A stretch of 64,000 nt of DNA, taken from contig NIVC01000903.1 of the NCBI GenBank assembly GCA_002269645.1, positions 396,459 to 460,458 of the forward strand, given 5' to 3'. Below are positions 1 through 10,950 of the stretch, piece after piece. The stretch comes from Macrostomum lignano (lineage: Eukaryota). Every line of letters begins with the position of its first letter. Positions within the stretch are counted from its first letter, which is position 1. The notes under the pieces were generated by a model that saw only the letters and a list, made by a program, of their open reading frames with translations, searched no databases and had not been told where the DNA came from. Position numbers and translations under genes: made by a program.

Positions 1-1057
1 TCTGGGCTACTGAGGCGGCCAGTACTGGGGCAGGTGCGTGTGTGGCAGGTGGTATTGCAGATGACGAGCCCATTGCGGGCGACCCACTCGTCGACAGTCT
101 GGCCTCTGAGATCTTCATCAATGTGGCGTTCCCAGCTTCCGTGTGCATTGTAGTCGCCTCCGAGGATGACTCTACCAGTAGTTGGGAGATTGGTGAAGCT
201 GGGTTGCCAGGTGTTATCGGGACGTTGGCAGCTGGATGGTGGTGCATAGATAGATGCTATCACGATCGGCTGCTGTCCTTTGAGGCGGATGCGGCAGGTG
301 GCAACGTCCAGGAGGTCGTGTTCTCTATCGACTTTGAGTCTGTCGTACTGGACGTCATCGCGGACGAGCACCATAGTACCTCCCCGTCCTGTAATTTTTT
401 TGTTGGTTTTTGGGATAGTGGACTGGGCTGGCGGTGGCGTGCTGGTGGTTTCTCGTCCGGATGCACTGGTTTGAACAGATTGGTTGTCTGCGCCATGCCA
501 TGGTGTGAAACGGACGCTGCAGGCGGTACGGCCGCTGCGACATCCGGCGCACCAGTTTTCGCGGAGTCCTGGGAATCTCAGCCGGCAGCGCGGGTTGGTA
601 CGGCGTCGTGTCCCGGCGGTGCCTGTACCGTCAGTGTCGGGTGGCCGATTTGGGTGAGCAGGTGTCACGACAGCGCGGTCATCGGGGCCGGCGTTATGCA
701 CTCCGACTTCCCTGGAGGCCACCACGTATCCCCGCGGCGGGTTATAATCTTCTTCTTTCTTAAGCTTGGTTTCCTGAAGGAGTATAGCGGCGGGGCGCAG
801 GGAGGCCAGCCTGTGGGCCAGCTTCGTATTACGGCTTTTGATGCCATTGCAGTTAAACTGCACGAGGAGCTCTTGGACCGGCTCGGCTTTGCGCGACGCT
901 GCTCTCCTGTGTCTCCTGTTGCCGCCGCGGAGTCGCATGACGGATAGAAGGTTTTCGGAGTTCGACGCGTTCTCTTGGTCTTCTTCGCAGGCTCGGTGGT
1001 GGTACGGTCCGTTAGTTAAGAACAGGGGCACCTCTTGAAGGTCGGCCGTAGGCCCCC
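1..1057 (-). mobile_element. Non-LTR retrotransposon (LINE) ORF2 5' part: apurinic-type (APE/EEP) endonuclease. Continues off the left edge; one frameshift near 731
   Basis: Manual minus-strand translation gives LLVQFNCNGI (~870-841), ILLQETKL, (P)GYVVASR after a 1-nt shift at ~731, RGGTMVLVR (~388-362), VIASIYAPP, ILGGDYNAH and GLVICNT. These are the canonical ordered motifs of LINE APE domains. The supplied 42..947 + ORF is its antisense shadow. Confidence 0.9.
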
Positions 1058-2420
1058 CAGTCAATTGCTGCTGTGGCTGCTGCTGCTCAGGTGGCAACGA
1101 TGGTAGAGTTGGCGGGTTGCCAGAAACTGGGTCACTTGTCCTGCTGTCCGAGCCAACACTGGCAGGAGTTGCATTGTCCTTGGACATTTTCTTATGGCCT
1201 GCATCGAGGTTAGGATGAAGGTAAGATAAAATGTAATGAACATGATAGTCAGTGACTGCTAGCTATGAAAATATTTTCCTAAATAATAAATTTACATTAC
1301 AGGGTATGCTTATGAAGCAATAGGATAATATATAGGTAAAGTAACCTTCCATCAGCCATTTCTGCAATTTAACAGCCAACTGTGATTTGAAGTATCAGAT
1401 CTGCAATTTAATGTCCCCTCCCTGCTGTGATTTGAGTCCTACTTAATCAGTCAACCTGCAAATATACTTTGAATTACAAAAAATGTATTTACCTGGAGAA
1501 GCAGTCAATTGCTGCTGTGGCTGCTGCTGCTCAGGTGGCAACGATGGTAGAGTTGGTGGGTTGCCAGAAACTGGGTCACTTGTCCTGCTGTCCGAGCCAA
1601 CACTGGCAGGAGTTGCATTGTCCTTGGACATTTTCTTATGGCCTGCATCGAGGTTAGGATGAAGGTAAGATAAAATGTAATGAACATGATAGTCAGTGAC
1701 TGCTAGCTATGAAAATATTTTCCTAAATAATAAATTTACATTACAGGGTATGCTTATGAAGCAATAGGATAATATATAGGTAAAGTAACCTTCCATCAGC
1801 CATTTCTGCAATTTAACAGCCAACTGTGATTTGAAGTATCAGATCTGCAATTTAATGTCCCCTCCCTGCTGTGATTTGAGTCCTACTTAATCAGTCAACC
1901 TGCAAATATACTTTGAATTACAAAAAAATGTATTTACCTGGAGAAGCAGTCAATTGCTGCTGCTGCTGCTGCTGCTCAGGTGGCAACGATGGTAGAGTTG
2001 GCGGGTTGCCAGAAACTGGGTCACTTGTCCTGCTGTCCGAGCCAACACTGGCAGGAGTTGCATTGTCCTTGGACATTTTCTTATGGCCTGCATCGAGGTT
2101 AGGATGAAGGTAAGATAAAATGTAATGAACATGATAGTCAGTGACTGCTAGCTATGAAAATATTTTCTTAAATAATAAATTTACATTACAGGGTATGCTT
2201 ATGAAGCAATAGGATAATATATAGGTAAAGTAACCTTCCATCAGCCATTTCTGCAATTTAACAGCCAACTGTGATTTGAAGTATCAGATCTGCAATTTAA
2301 TGTCCCCTCCCTGCTGTGATTTGAGTCCTACTTAATCAGTCAACCTGCAAATATACTTTGAATTACAAAAAATGTATTTACCTGGAGAAGCAGTCAATTG
2401 CTGCTGCTGCTGCTGCTGCT
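1058..2420. repeat. Tandem ~444-bp unit x3 (plus partial), each containing one intron and one symmetric exon
   Basis: Near-identical blocks start near 1058, 1502 and 1947. The supplied ORFs at 1061/1505/1950 repeat with this period. Confidence 0.95.
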
Positions 2421-2957
2421 TAGATGGCAGCAATGTTGGGGTCAGTCGTCTAGAAGTAGGTGCCAAGATAGTAGAAGTAGTAGACAAGACCTTTCTAAAA
2501 TGTTGAAGTTATATAGGACATTTAAAATCTATTGACTTGCATTGCATAGCCATAGACATAGTGGTGCTTATCTATCTTAGTCACCTTATACAAGTTGCAT
2601 TTAGTAGAGATCAGTTTATGCATCATAAAGTCCAAAATGGCATTATACATTAGGTGCAATGATGCCATGTGACATAATTTGCAGTGAAAATCTCAAGCCT
2701 TAACTCATGCCTATGCCCAATTGAATGCTAAATTTCAGAATAATAAAATAGAAAGAGAATACTTACTTGCCAACACAACCAATCCATGACTTGCCATTTT
2801 CGTCATTGTACATGACAAATGCACCTTTCTTGATTTTTCTACTTTCATTTTCTGACCCTGGAATGATTTGCAAATCCTCTTTAAACACATAATGGCATTC
2901 ACCTTCAGTTTGGTCCTGCCAGTAAACTAAAACTCGTGTTTTATGGCGATGAGCCAT
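1058..2957 (-). CDS. Unidentified multi-exon gene with polyQ repeats. Exons 2957-2767, 2494-2382, 2087-1938, 1642-1493, 1198-(1058, interrupted by LINE)
   Basis: ATG at 2957 (MAHRHKTRVLVYWQD...WIGCVGK). GT-AG junctions are phase-consistent: GGCAA|GTAAGT, TTTTAG|AAAGG, CCAG|GTAAAT, ATGCAG|GCCAT. The three 150-nt phase-1/phase-1 exons each encode GHKKMSKDNATPASVGSDSRTSDPVSGNPPTLPSLPPEQQQ(P/Q)QQQLTASP. Confidence 0.65.
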
Positions 2958-3680
2958 TGTTTTATCCTATTAGGATCGAATTGCTTCACAATTAGGTACT
3001 AGCCTGTAGGCCTAGTGTTCATGTTCTAGATAAAATCTGCAAGTGAAAACTTGTCTACCAAATGGCAGCGAATAAGAATAAACGAAAGAAATTTTAATTT
3101 AAAAAATTTTAGGTCAGTCTTTTCTAGCTAATCTGATAGTTCTCATTAGAACAAATGTTGGATAAAGAATTTTAATTTAACTGATTGGTCTTCATCCAGA
3201 GAAAATGAACTTTTTCTTTAATATAATATAATATTCTTTTTTTCCAAAAGCTTATTCGGTCACACTGTTTGTATTTGTTGCTACCAATTTTCTTAATATC
3301 TAATTATCTACTTATTGTAGATAAGATTAATATATAATTGCAATTGATGTCATCGCTTTGCTTTATCTGGTTCTAACTGATTTGAAAAAAAATTAAATGG
3401 TAATGAATTTATAAGGTCGTGGTTAAGATGAAAGAAAAGATTAAATGAGCAACCTGTCAGAACCATTTTAGTGCCTAAATATTAAGGCTTAATGCAGTTC
3501 GAAATCGAAATGAAACTTTTTTCTTTTTATGAAGAACTAGTACACACAGTTACGCACATAGGGTCAGTGGGCAGTGGGGCATACATTCTTGTAATTTATA
3601 TTAGTCTAGTCGAATATGCAGCTATATCTAAATTCACTGAATCCATTATTAATTCTAGTTGTCACTCTGTGGTATTAACT

Positions 3681-3917
3681 AAATTTGTATTGTGATAGCT
3701 TATTTAATTCTATAGTTTTAGACTAAAATAATAAAACTATATTAAACTTTGAATATTACTTGAATATTAAATTTCAAGAACTATATTTAAAACTAATATT
3801 AAACTTAAATTTTATATTACTTTGAATATTAAACTTTGAAACTATATTAAACTTTATACTTTGAATAATTTAGAAAGAATTAATAAGCTATTAAATAAGC
3901 TATCACAATACAAATTT
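3681..3917. repeat. Small AT-rich inverted-repeat element (MITE-like)
   Basis: 28-bp perfect inverted repeat: AAATTTGTATTGTGATAGCTTATTTAAT (3681-3708) / ATTAAATAAGCTATCACAATACAAATTT (3890-3917). The interior carries short TATTAAACTT repeats. No TSD was confirmed. Confidence 0.5.
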
Positions 3918-4380
3918 TGTTTGGATTTTATTGTTTTGATTAAGCAAACATGGAAGAAACCATTCTGCCAATTTGGTATATATATAACTGCAATTACTAC
4001 TGCATATATTGCATTTCATTTTGTAAATTAAACTGATATAAAATCAAGTACAAGTTTCAGTTACCGGAATTTACCCAATTCCGGTAAATTAATGCCTTTC
4101 TGTACTTTGATGCCTGTAATCTGGTGCTCATCTTTAATTTGAAGACAGAAGCTAAAAATTCCTATATCTTTTGAATAAAATGCAACTATGATCTTAAATT
4201 ACAGTAGGTGATAGATCTATAGCAGTAGGCACGATCAAAGGGGTTTTCAAAAATCTGTAATTTGAAGCCTTTCTGTGATCTAATGTGCACCTGTAATTTT
4301 ATGCTAAACTCCTGTAACCCTGTGCCAATCTGTAACGATTTGGAAAGTATGGGGGCCTTCTGGGTCGCTAGCTGATTTGA

Positions 4381-4906
4381 TGTTATTTATTTAAATAAAG
4401 CGAAAAGAAATTGATGTGTTGGGGTGGGAGTACCCAGTTTACGAGCAGATGTACATTGCACGACAGGGCAGAGCGGGGTGAAAGGTGAGTAGGCTTTCTC
4501 TTAATGTAAAAAACCATTTGGGCTGAATAAATATGAACTTTTCCCCCCACTCCCCCAATGACCTGATCGATTGACGTCAAGATCATTTCACAAAAGGAAA
4601 AGTAACACAAGGTAGAAAAACAAATATTAATTGCTGCCAATAAAACACCAGACTGCGGAAAAAAGCAAAAACTGAAAAAGCACAAAAATCAACCAACTGA
4701 GAATAAACTGCAAAATTACCAAAAAAAATGCAAACCAATCACCATCAAAAGAGAAAAAAACACAGAAAACACAAACAACATAAACAAGAACACCACCAAC
4801 TACAAAAACAACCAATGTGCCACAACCAAAACCAACCACCAAACAACAACCGAGAACCACCAACCAACCAACTGAATGACCACCAACCGTCACACAGCCA
4901 CAGACA
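4381..4906 (-). repeat. Probable BEL/Pao 3' LTR
   Basis: On the minus strand it begins TGTC at 4906, right after the integrase GVVK codons, and ends AATAAATAACA at 4381 (TG...CA termini, terminal AATAAA). No second copy in the window to confirm the boundaries. Confidence 0.5.
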
Positions 4907-7105
4907 TCAATTTGACTACGCCGACCAGTCTCTCATAGAAGCCTCCCATCCATGGAGCTCGCTCAGGAATGAATGTCCAGGTGACTCGGCGGCTGATCAG
5001 AAAATCTTGACCTGCTTGAGTCCGTAATGGAGCTTCTTCTGCATCCAGTAGCCTGGCCGCCGCATGGAAGGTTCTGAAGTTGTCAGAGATAATCGATGGT
5101 ACACCTCGGCGGCCACAGAAGTGTCTCAGGCTCAGAAGAAATGACTGTGTTGTCAAGTCAGTGACAAGTTCGAGATGCACTGCTTGTATGCTAGTACAGG
5201 TCAACAATAGAATGTAGGCTTTATGTTGGCCGTCATCCTCCTCCCTGCAGTAGATGAGGGGGCTGCAGTAATCGAGGCCAACATGCTGGAACACACGACA
5301 CGCCCTAACACGGGATGCCGGCAGCTGTGCTGGTTGTGCAATCCGGTATGGCAATCCTTGCAATCGAATGCATGTGTTGCATGATTTTAGCACAGGTTTT
5401 ACCTTCTGCCGCCCTTTCAGTAGCCAGAATCGCTCACGAAGTTGGACTAACGTCGCGGAGGCTCTCCCATGACCGAATTTGTGATGCACATCCGTGATGA
5501 GCAGTCTCTGGAAGCTGGGGTCTAATGGGCAGAGAATCGGAGACTTTTTATTGTCAAAAAGCTGAGTGTCTCCAAGCCTTCCCGCGCTACGAAGAACACC
5601 CTTTGGGTCAAAGAACAGCGAGAGGTTCTTGTTAAGCTGCGTGCGGGCAGTGCTGTCGCGAAGACTGCAAATGTCGGCTTCGAAGTCACGCGACTGCAGC
5701 AATTTAATCCAGAACTCCTCCGCTTTTAACAGCTCTGCTGGCGTCAGCTCGACAGTCGTAGCCTGCCACGTCCGTTTTAAAATGCTGATGAAATGGAGAA
5801 CCCACGCTAAAACACGCAGCAATCTAGTCAAGGAATTGAAGCACTGCACCTCGATGATGGAGTGGATGCGTGCCGATTGTACCTCTGACGTCGACGTCTG
5901 TGTGACTGCGCAGTTGTGTGCATCTTCTCGATGATTTGAGCTTTGGTCGCCTATCACAGGTTGCTCCGGCCAGAGCGAGGAATCCAGAGACAGCCACTCA
6001 GGACCCCGAAACCAAGGGGACGATGAATCGAATGCACCTGGCACGACTGGTCGGGTCGCACTGTCAGCGGGGTTGTCCCTCCCAGGGAAGAACTGCCACT
6101 TCTCCGGTGCCACAGCTGCTCGAACGTTGGAAACTCTGTTTTAAATGAATGACTTCCACAATTTGTGTCGACTTGAGCCACCACAGAACGTCCATGCTGT
6201 CGCTCCAGCAGGTGATGAAGCCATGCGGATATTCAGCGCGGAATTCGTCGAGGGCTTGAGCAAGCTCGTTCGCAGCCATCAACTCTAGCCGTGGAATAGT
6301 CGTCGGAGCTATGGGCGCGACGCGTGTTTTGCCCATCAGTAGCGCAACTTGGACGTCACCTGAATCGAATGTAGACCATAAATAGACACACACTGCGTAG
6401 GCCAATTGAGATGCGTCACAGAACCCATGAATTTCGCATGCGATGGGCGTCTGTCTGAAGACTCTTCGGTCGAGTGGCATCGTCCAACATCGTAACTCAG
6501 CTAAGCATTCAACCCACTGCGAGTGAAGGGGCTCCGGAAGCATAGCGTCCCACGGCACCTTTAGTTTGCAGCTCTGCTGAAAAAGCAGTTTGGCTTGCGT
6601 CAGCAACGGGCAAAGACGGCCAAGAGGGTCGAACATCTTGGAGAATGCTGACAATGTCGAACGCTTGGTCAGACGTTTGCTGGACAAGCCGATTGCCGGA
6701 TGATCACAAATCGGCAAATGGAATGTTGCTATCCGGAATCCATTGCTTGCCAAGGACCTTGACTGGTGATTTGGTTGAATGTGACACGCCACATCCATCT
6801 TCAAGAGCAGTGGTGTTCAGAGCTGAGCATTTTGAGAGCCAGTCGCGTATATTCATCGATGCTTCCAGGAACGCGCTCCGCGTCATGTGATACAATGCCA
6901 TAGCTTCCTCTTCGGAGTCTGCGCCAGATACTAGGTTGTCGACGTATGTGTCCTGAGACAGTTTCAGACGAACGGTTTTGGAAGCCTTGGTTATTGTGCG
7001 GAAATGGTGAAACAGAACTTCTTGCAGGATTGCTGGACTGGAGATCAGGCCAAACACAAGGCGCACATAGCGGAAGACGTGAATACTTGACTTCTTGTCC
7101 CTCTA
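4381..7105 (-). mobile_element. Decayed BEL/Pao LTR retrotransposon: pol (RT, RNase H, integrase) fragment plus probable 3' LTR
   Basis: RT: RLVFGLISSP..DTYVDN. Pao RNase H: EIHGFCDASQLAYA..PTTIPRLELMAA..WSDS. Integrase: H2C2 (HHKFGH..CNTC), GLDY, SDN, PWMGGFYERLVG. Domains are split over three frames. No gag, protease or 5' LTR seen. Confidence 0.92.
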
Positions 7106-7689
7106 GGTTGACCTGTAGACATACAGGCGACCTTCGGAACCTTCAACGGAGTGCCACCACGCGGCCCCGATGAGCTGACACCGCCAACATCGTGCTTCTA
7201 TCAAGGCACCAAATACACCTGGTGGTCTTTCCTCATGGGGAAAAATAGCGTGGTCTTTCTACTGTTAATTACTGGCAGAAATGCTAGTTTTTTCTTGAAC
7301 TTTTGCTTTAATTTTTTTATGGTCATTTCCTATCTTTATTTATACAATAAAACAAAATACTATTTAAATTTAAATTATTAATAGTTATAAAAGCTTTGTT
7401 GGTTAGTTAGTAGGTAATTTGCATGTTTGATAACTACAAATTCAAACAAAAAGTTTAAACAGTTTTAGCGAAACTGCATTGTTGTTTGAAAACTTTTTTA
7501 TTCAGTCATTAAGATACCTTAGCAGTTTAACAGTAAGATTGATGCATTAACATATTAAAAATTTAATTATATATTACTTTATACTCTAAGTAAATTTGTG
7601 ACAAGGTTTGCATAACAAATCAGTACTTCGAAATTAGTTTTGATTGTTATATACCGGTATCAACCAAAGTTTTTGTCACAAATTTTTAG

Positions 7690-10010
7690 TCAAAGTTTTT
7701 CCTGGACTATGACCCAACCATTGAGGATTCATTTAGCAAGTCCTGCTACATTGACAACGAAATGGCCCGACTGGATATTCTGGACACAGCTGGTATGTCA
7801 TCTAGCTTGAAATTATCTTCTGGAATATTTAGTAAATCTATTTCGCGTTGCTATCACATTATTGAAAATCGCCCATCATACCAGTATGAAGTCCTAATTA
7901 GAGATCCCACTATTCAGAGATGGATCCATAATTAAAGATCCCATTATTCAGAGATAGATCCCTAATTAAAGATCCCATTATTCAGAGATGGATCCCTAAT
8001 CAAAGATCCCATTATTCAGAGATAGATCCCTAATTAAAGATCCCATTATTCAGAGATGGATCCCTGATTAGAGATCCCATTATTCAAAGATGGATCCCTA
8101 ATTAGAGATCCCATTATTCAGAGATAGATCCCTAATTAGAGATCCCATTATTCAGAGATAGATCCCTAATCAAAGATCCCATTGAGATAGATCCCTAATT
8201 AGAGATCCCATTATTCAGAGATGGATCCCTAATTACAGATCCCATTATTCAGAGATAGATCCCTAATAAGAGATCCCATTATTCCGAGATGGATCTCTAA
8301 TTAGAGATCCCATTATTCAGAGATAGATCCCTGATTGGAGATCCCATTATTCAGAGATGGATCCCTGATTAGAGAACCCATTATTCAGAGATAGATCCCT
8401 AATTAGAGATCCCATTATTCAGAGATGGATCCCTAATAAGAGATCCCATTATACCGAGATGGATCTCTAATTAGAGATCCCAATATTCAGAGATAGATCC
8501 CTGATTGGAGATCCATTTTTCAGAGATGGATCCCTAATTAGAGATCCCATTATTCAGAGATAGATCCCTGATTAGAGATCCCATTATTCAGAGATGGATC
8601 CCTAATTAGAGATCCCATTATTCAGAGATGGATCCCTAATTAGAGATTCCATTATTCACAGATAGATCCCTGATAAGTGATCCCATTATTAAGAGATGGT
8701 CAGATGTACCCTAATTAAATATCCCATTATTCAGAGATCCCATTACCCCAAGATAGATCCCAAATCAGAGACCTAATTATCCAGGGGTGGAAGTCTCGGA
8801 GATCGTTACCCAGGTAAAAATCCTCAATGAGAGAGCCAATTTTCCAATTATTGATTCAAGTATGCTTCCGACCATGTGCAATTTCAATAATACAAAGCGA
8901 TCCCAAATAGCTAGACACCAAAAACCATTCACATTACCCTAATGCTGCACATCGCTCAGGCCAGGAGGAGTTCACGTCAATGCGCGAACAGTACATGCGA
9001 CTAGGCCAGGCCTTCCTAGTTGTATTCTCTGTCACAGACAGGAAAGGCTTCGAAGAGGTCGACTCCCTAATCCAGCTAATCTACCGGGTGAAGGACCGCG
9101 AAGCGTTCCCCATCATGGTGGCGGGTAACAAGATCGACCTGCAGAACGATCGCTGCATCGACCAGTCTCTAGCCCAGGAGTTAGTGCAGCGCCATCAGGA
9201 ATTTAATCCCTACTGCGCTTATATTGAGACTAGCGCAAAGACTCGACTCAACGTTGACTTGGTATTCCACGACTTGGTGCGACTGCTCAGGTGAGTCAGT
9301 TATTCGTTTTTGCTCGATTCGTTATCACTAAGTCGAGTGAGGGAAAAATCTTCGCATTAGTATCTATGCATTTTGTTTATTTCCTCTGTACGCTAATGGG
9401 GCTAAGTGTCAAAAAGCTACTGTATTTTTGTTCAGTTTTTTATACTAAACTACGGCAATTAAAATCGTTGCTTTAAAAAAATCAAACTTCCTGTCATTTT
9501 TCGGGCGACGCTTCCGGTCAGTTTGGTGTTAGAATCCTCTAAAGTGTTTAACACACAATTATATATTTAATTGCTATAATGTTAAATAGTATTTTATAGC
9601 ATAGTTATATAACGACGTAGTTAACGTCTGAGGATGTTTGAGTAGAGACTGAGGATGTTGGAGTAGGGACTGAGGATGTTGGAGTAGGGACTGAGGATGT
9701 TGGAGTAGAGACTGAGCATGTTGGAGTAGAGACTGAGGATGTTGGAGTAGGGACTGAGCATGTTGGAGTAGGGACTGAGCATGTTGGAGTAGGGACTGAG
9801 GAAGTTGGAGTAGGACTCGTACTCAGATCTTATACATCCATATTTCTGGTATGTATGGTAGGACTGAGGAAGGACTCAGCAGCGCACCTAGCAGCCAAAA
9901 GAATTCCATGGAAGCTGATCTCAGTTGCCCCCATCCCCCCAAATTTCAGACTGTACAACGCCAAAGGCGGCAGTAAGCAGGCCAAGAAATCGAAGTGCAG
10001 CCTATTGTAA
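7690..10010 (+). CDS. Ras-family small GTPase, R-Ras/TC21/M-Ras subfamily. Exons 7690-7792, 8960-9290, 9950-10010; 5' P-loop exon not found
   Basis: Exons encode [35 protein letters not shown] / [33 protein letters not shown] / [21 protein letters not shown]2-G5 boxes, a polybasic tail and a CAAX are present. Junction phases (1 and 2) are consistent. Confidence 0.9.
7895..8790. repeat. Intronic minisatellite, ~34-bp unit (CTAATTAGAGATCCCATTATTCAGAGATGGATCC)
   Basis: Direct tandem periodicity inside the Ras intron. Confidence 0.95.
9648..9820. repeat. Intronic minisatellite, 21-bp unit (ACTGAGGATGTTGGAGTAGGG)
   Basis: About 8 tandem copies in the last Ras intron. Confidence 0.9.
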
Positions 10011-10734
10011 TTACCCCTGCTCCGTCCCTTTGCCTTGTCTCAGTTCTGCGTCACACTCCCCTGTGCTTATTGGTGTACACTGCACTACCAATCCATTTGT
10101 TTTTGTTAACGCGGTAACTCTATAACGGATTTCTTAGATTATCTGCTACATAGGGGTCGTTTTTTGGAAATTTTTTGAAGTCCCAATCCAATGTCTTATG
10201 CTCATAATTGTATATAATACTGTCTGTTATTATTGTCTTCGTAGATTATCATAATTGTGTTTTTTGCGCTATTCTCAGCGCTCTATTAAATAATTATTTT
10301 ACGAGTATATTATCCTATTTTTGCATAGCTGCGACTAAGCTAGTGGAATCCTTGTCGTTTGTCTTTATGTACCATCTGGTTCAACCGCTGCTGAAATCTG
10401 ATAGCTAGGATGCAATAGTAAGCATAAGTCTTTATCTTATCAATTAGTGTTAATTAATGCGCTTCTTCTTTCTCCGAGTCAGTCTAATGATAAAGTCCGA
10501 CTGCTTTTCTATTTCCTCGTGTATGTACTATAATTGTATTAGTCTCCGGGTATTATTCAGAGTCATTAATCGTCTGTAAAATCGGTTTCTGTTGCACATT
10601 CACCTGCCAGCCGTGGTAAAATACCCAGCAGCCTACGTTCCTCTAAGAATTTCTAAGAATTCCCTTATCTATAGAATCATCTAATGCTAGGCCGACCTGA
10701 CCCACTTAGTCTACCCAAGCAAAACTTTCCTACC

Positions 10735-10950
10735 CCTCAATGTACATGCGCTCCTCACCAGACCCATCCCAACCACGCAAACTTATCTATCTTATCTACC
10801 CCTCGATGTACATGCGCTCTTCACCAGACTCACCCCAACCACGCAAACTTATCTATCTTATCTACCCCTCGATGTACATGCGCTCTTCACCAGACTCACC
10901 CCAACCACGCAAACTTATCTATCTTATCTACCCCTCGATGTACATGCTCT
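10735..10950. repeat. Tandem repeat, 66-bp unit x~3
   Basis: CGATGTACATGCGCTC...TCTACCCCT recurs at 10804 and 10870. Confidence 0.9.

Noticed and set aside
42-947. 301-aa plus-strand ORF
   Set aside because: Antisense shadow of the GC-rich LINE endonuclease; the recognisable motifs are on the minus strand.
1061-2132. Three 60-aa ORFs starting MFITFYLTF
   Set aside because: They start in intronic sequence and cross the acceptor in a different frame from the phase-consistent spliced reading.
3405-3450. YKVVVK-like codons resembling a Ras N-terminus
   Set aside because: No GxxxxGKS follows and the frame closes quickly.
7205-7270. KY..LVV / MGKNS fragments as a possible decayed Ras P-loop exon
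   Set aside because: Needs several frameshifts, lacks the glycine-rich loop and has no suitable donor.
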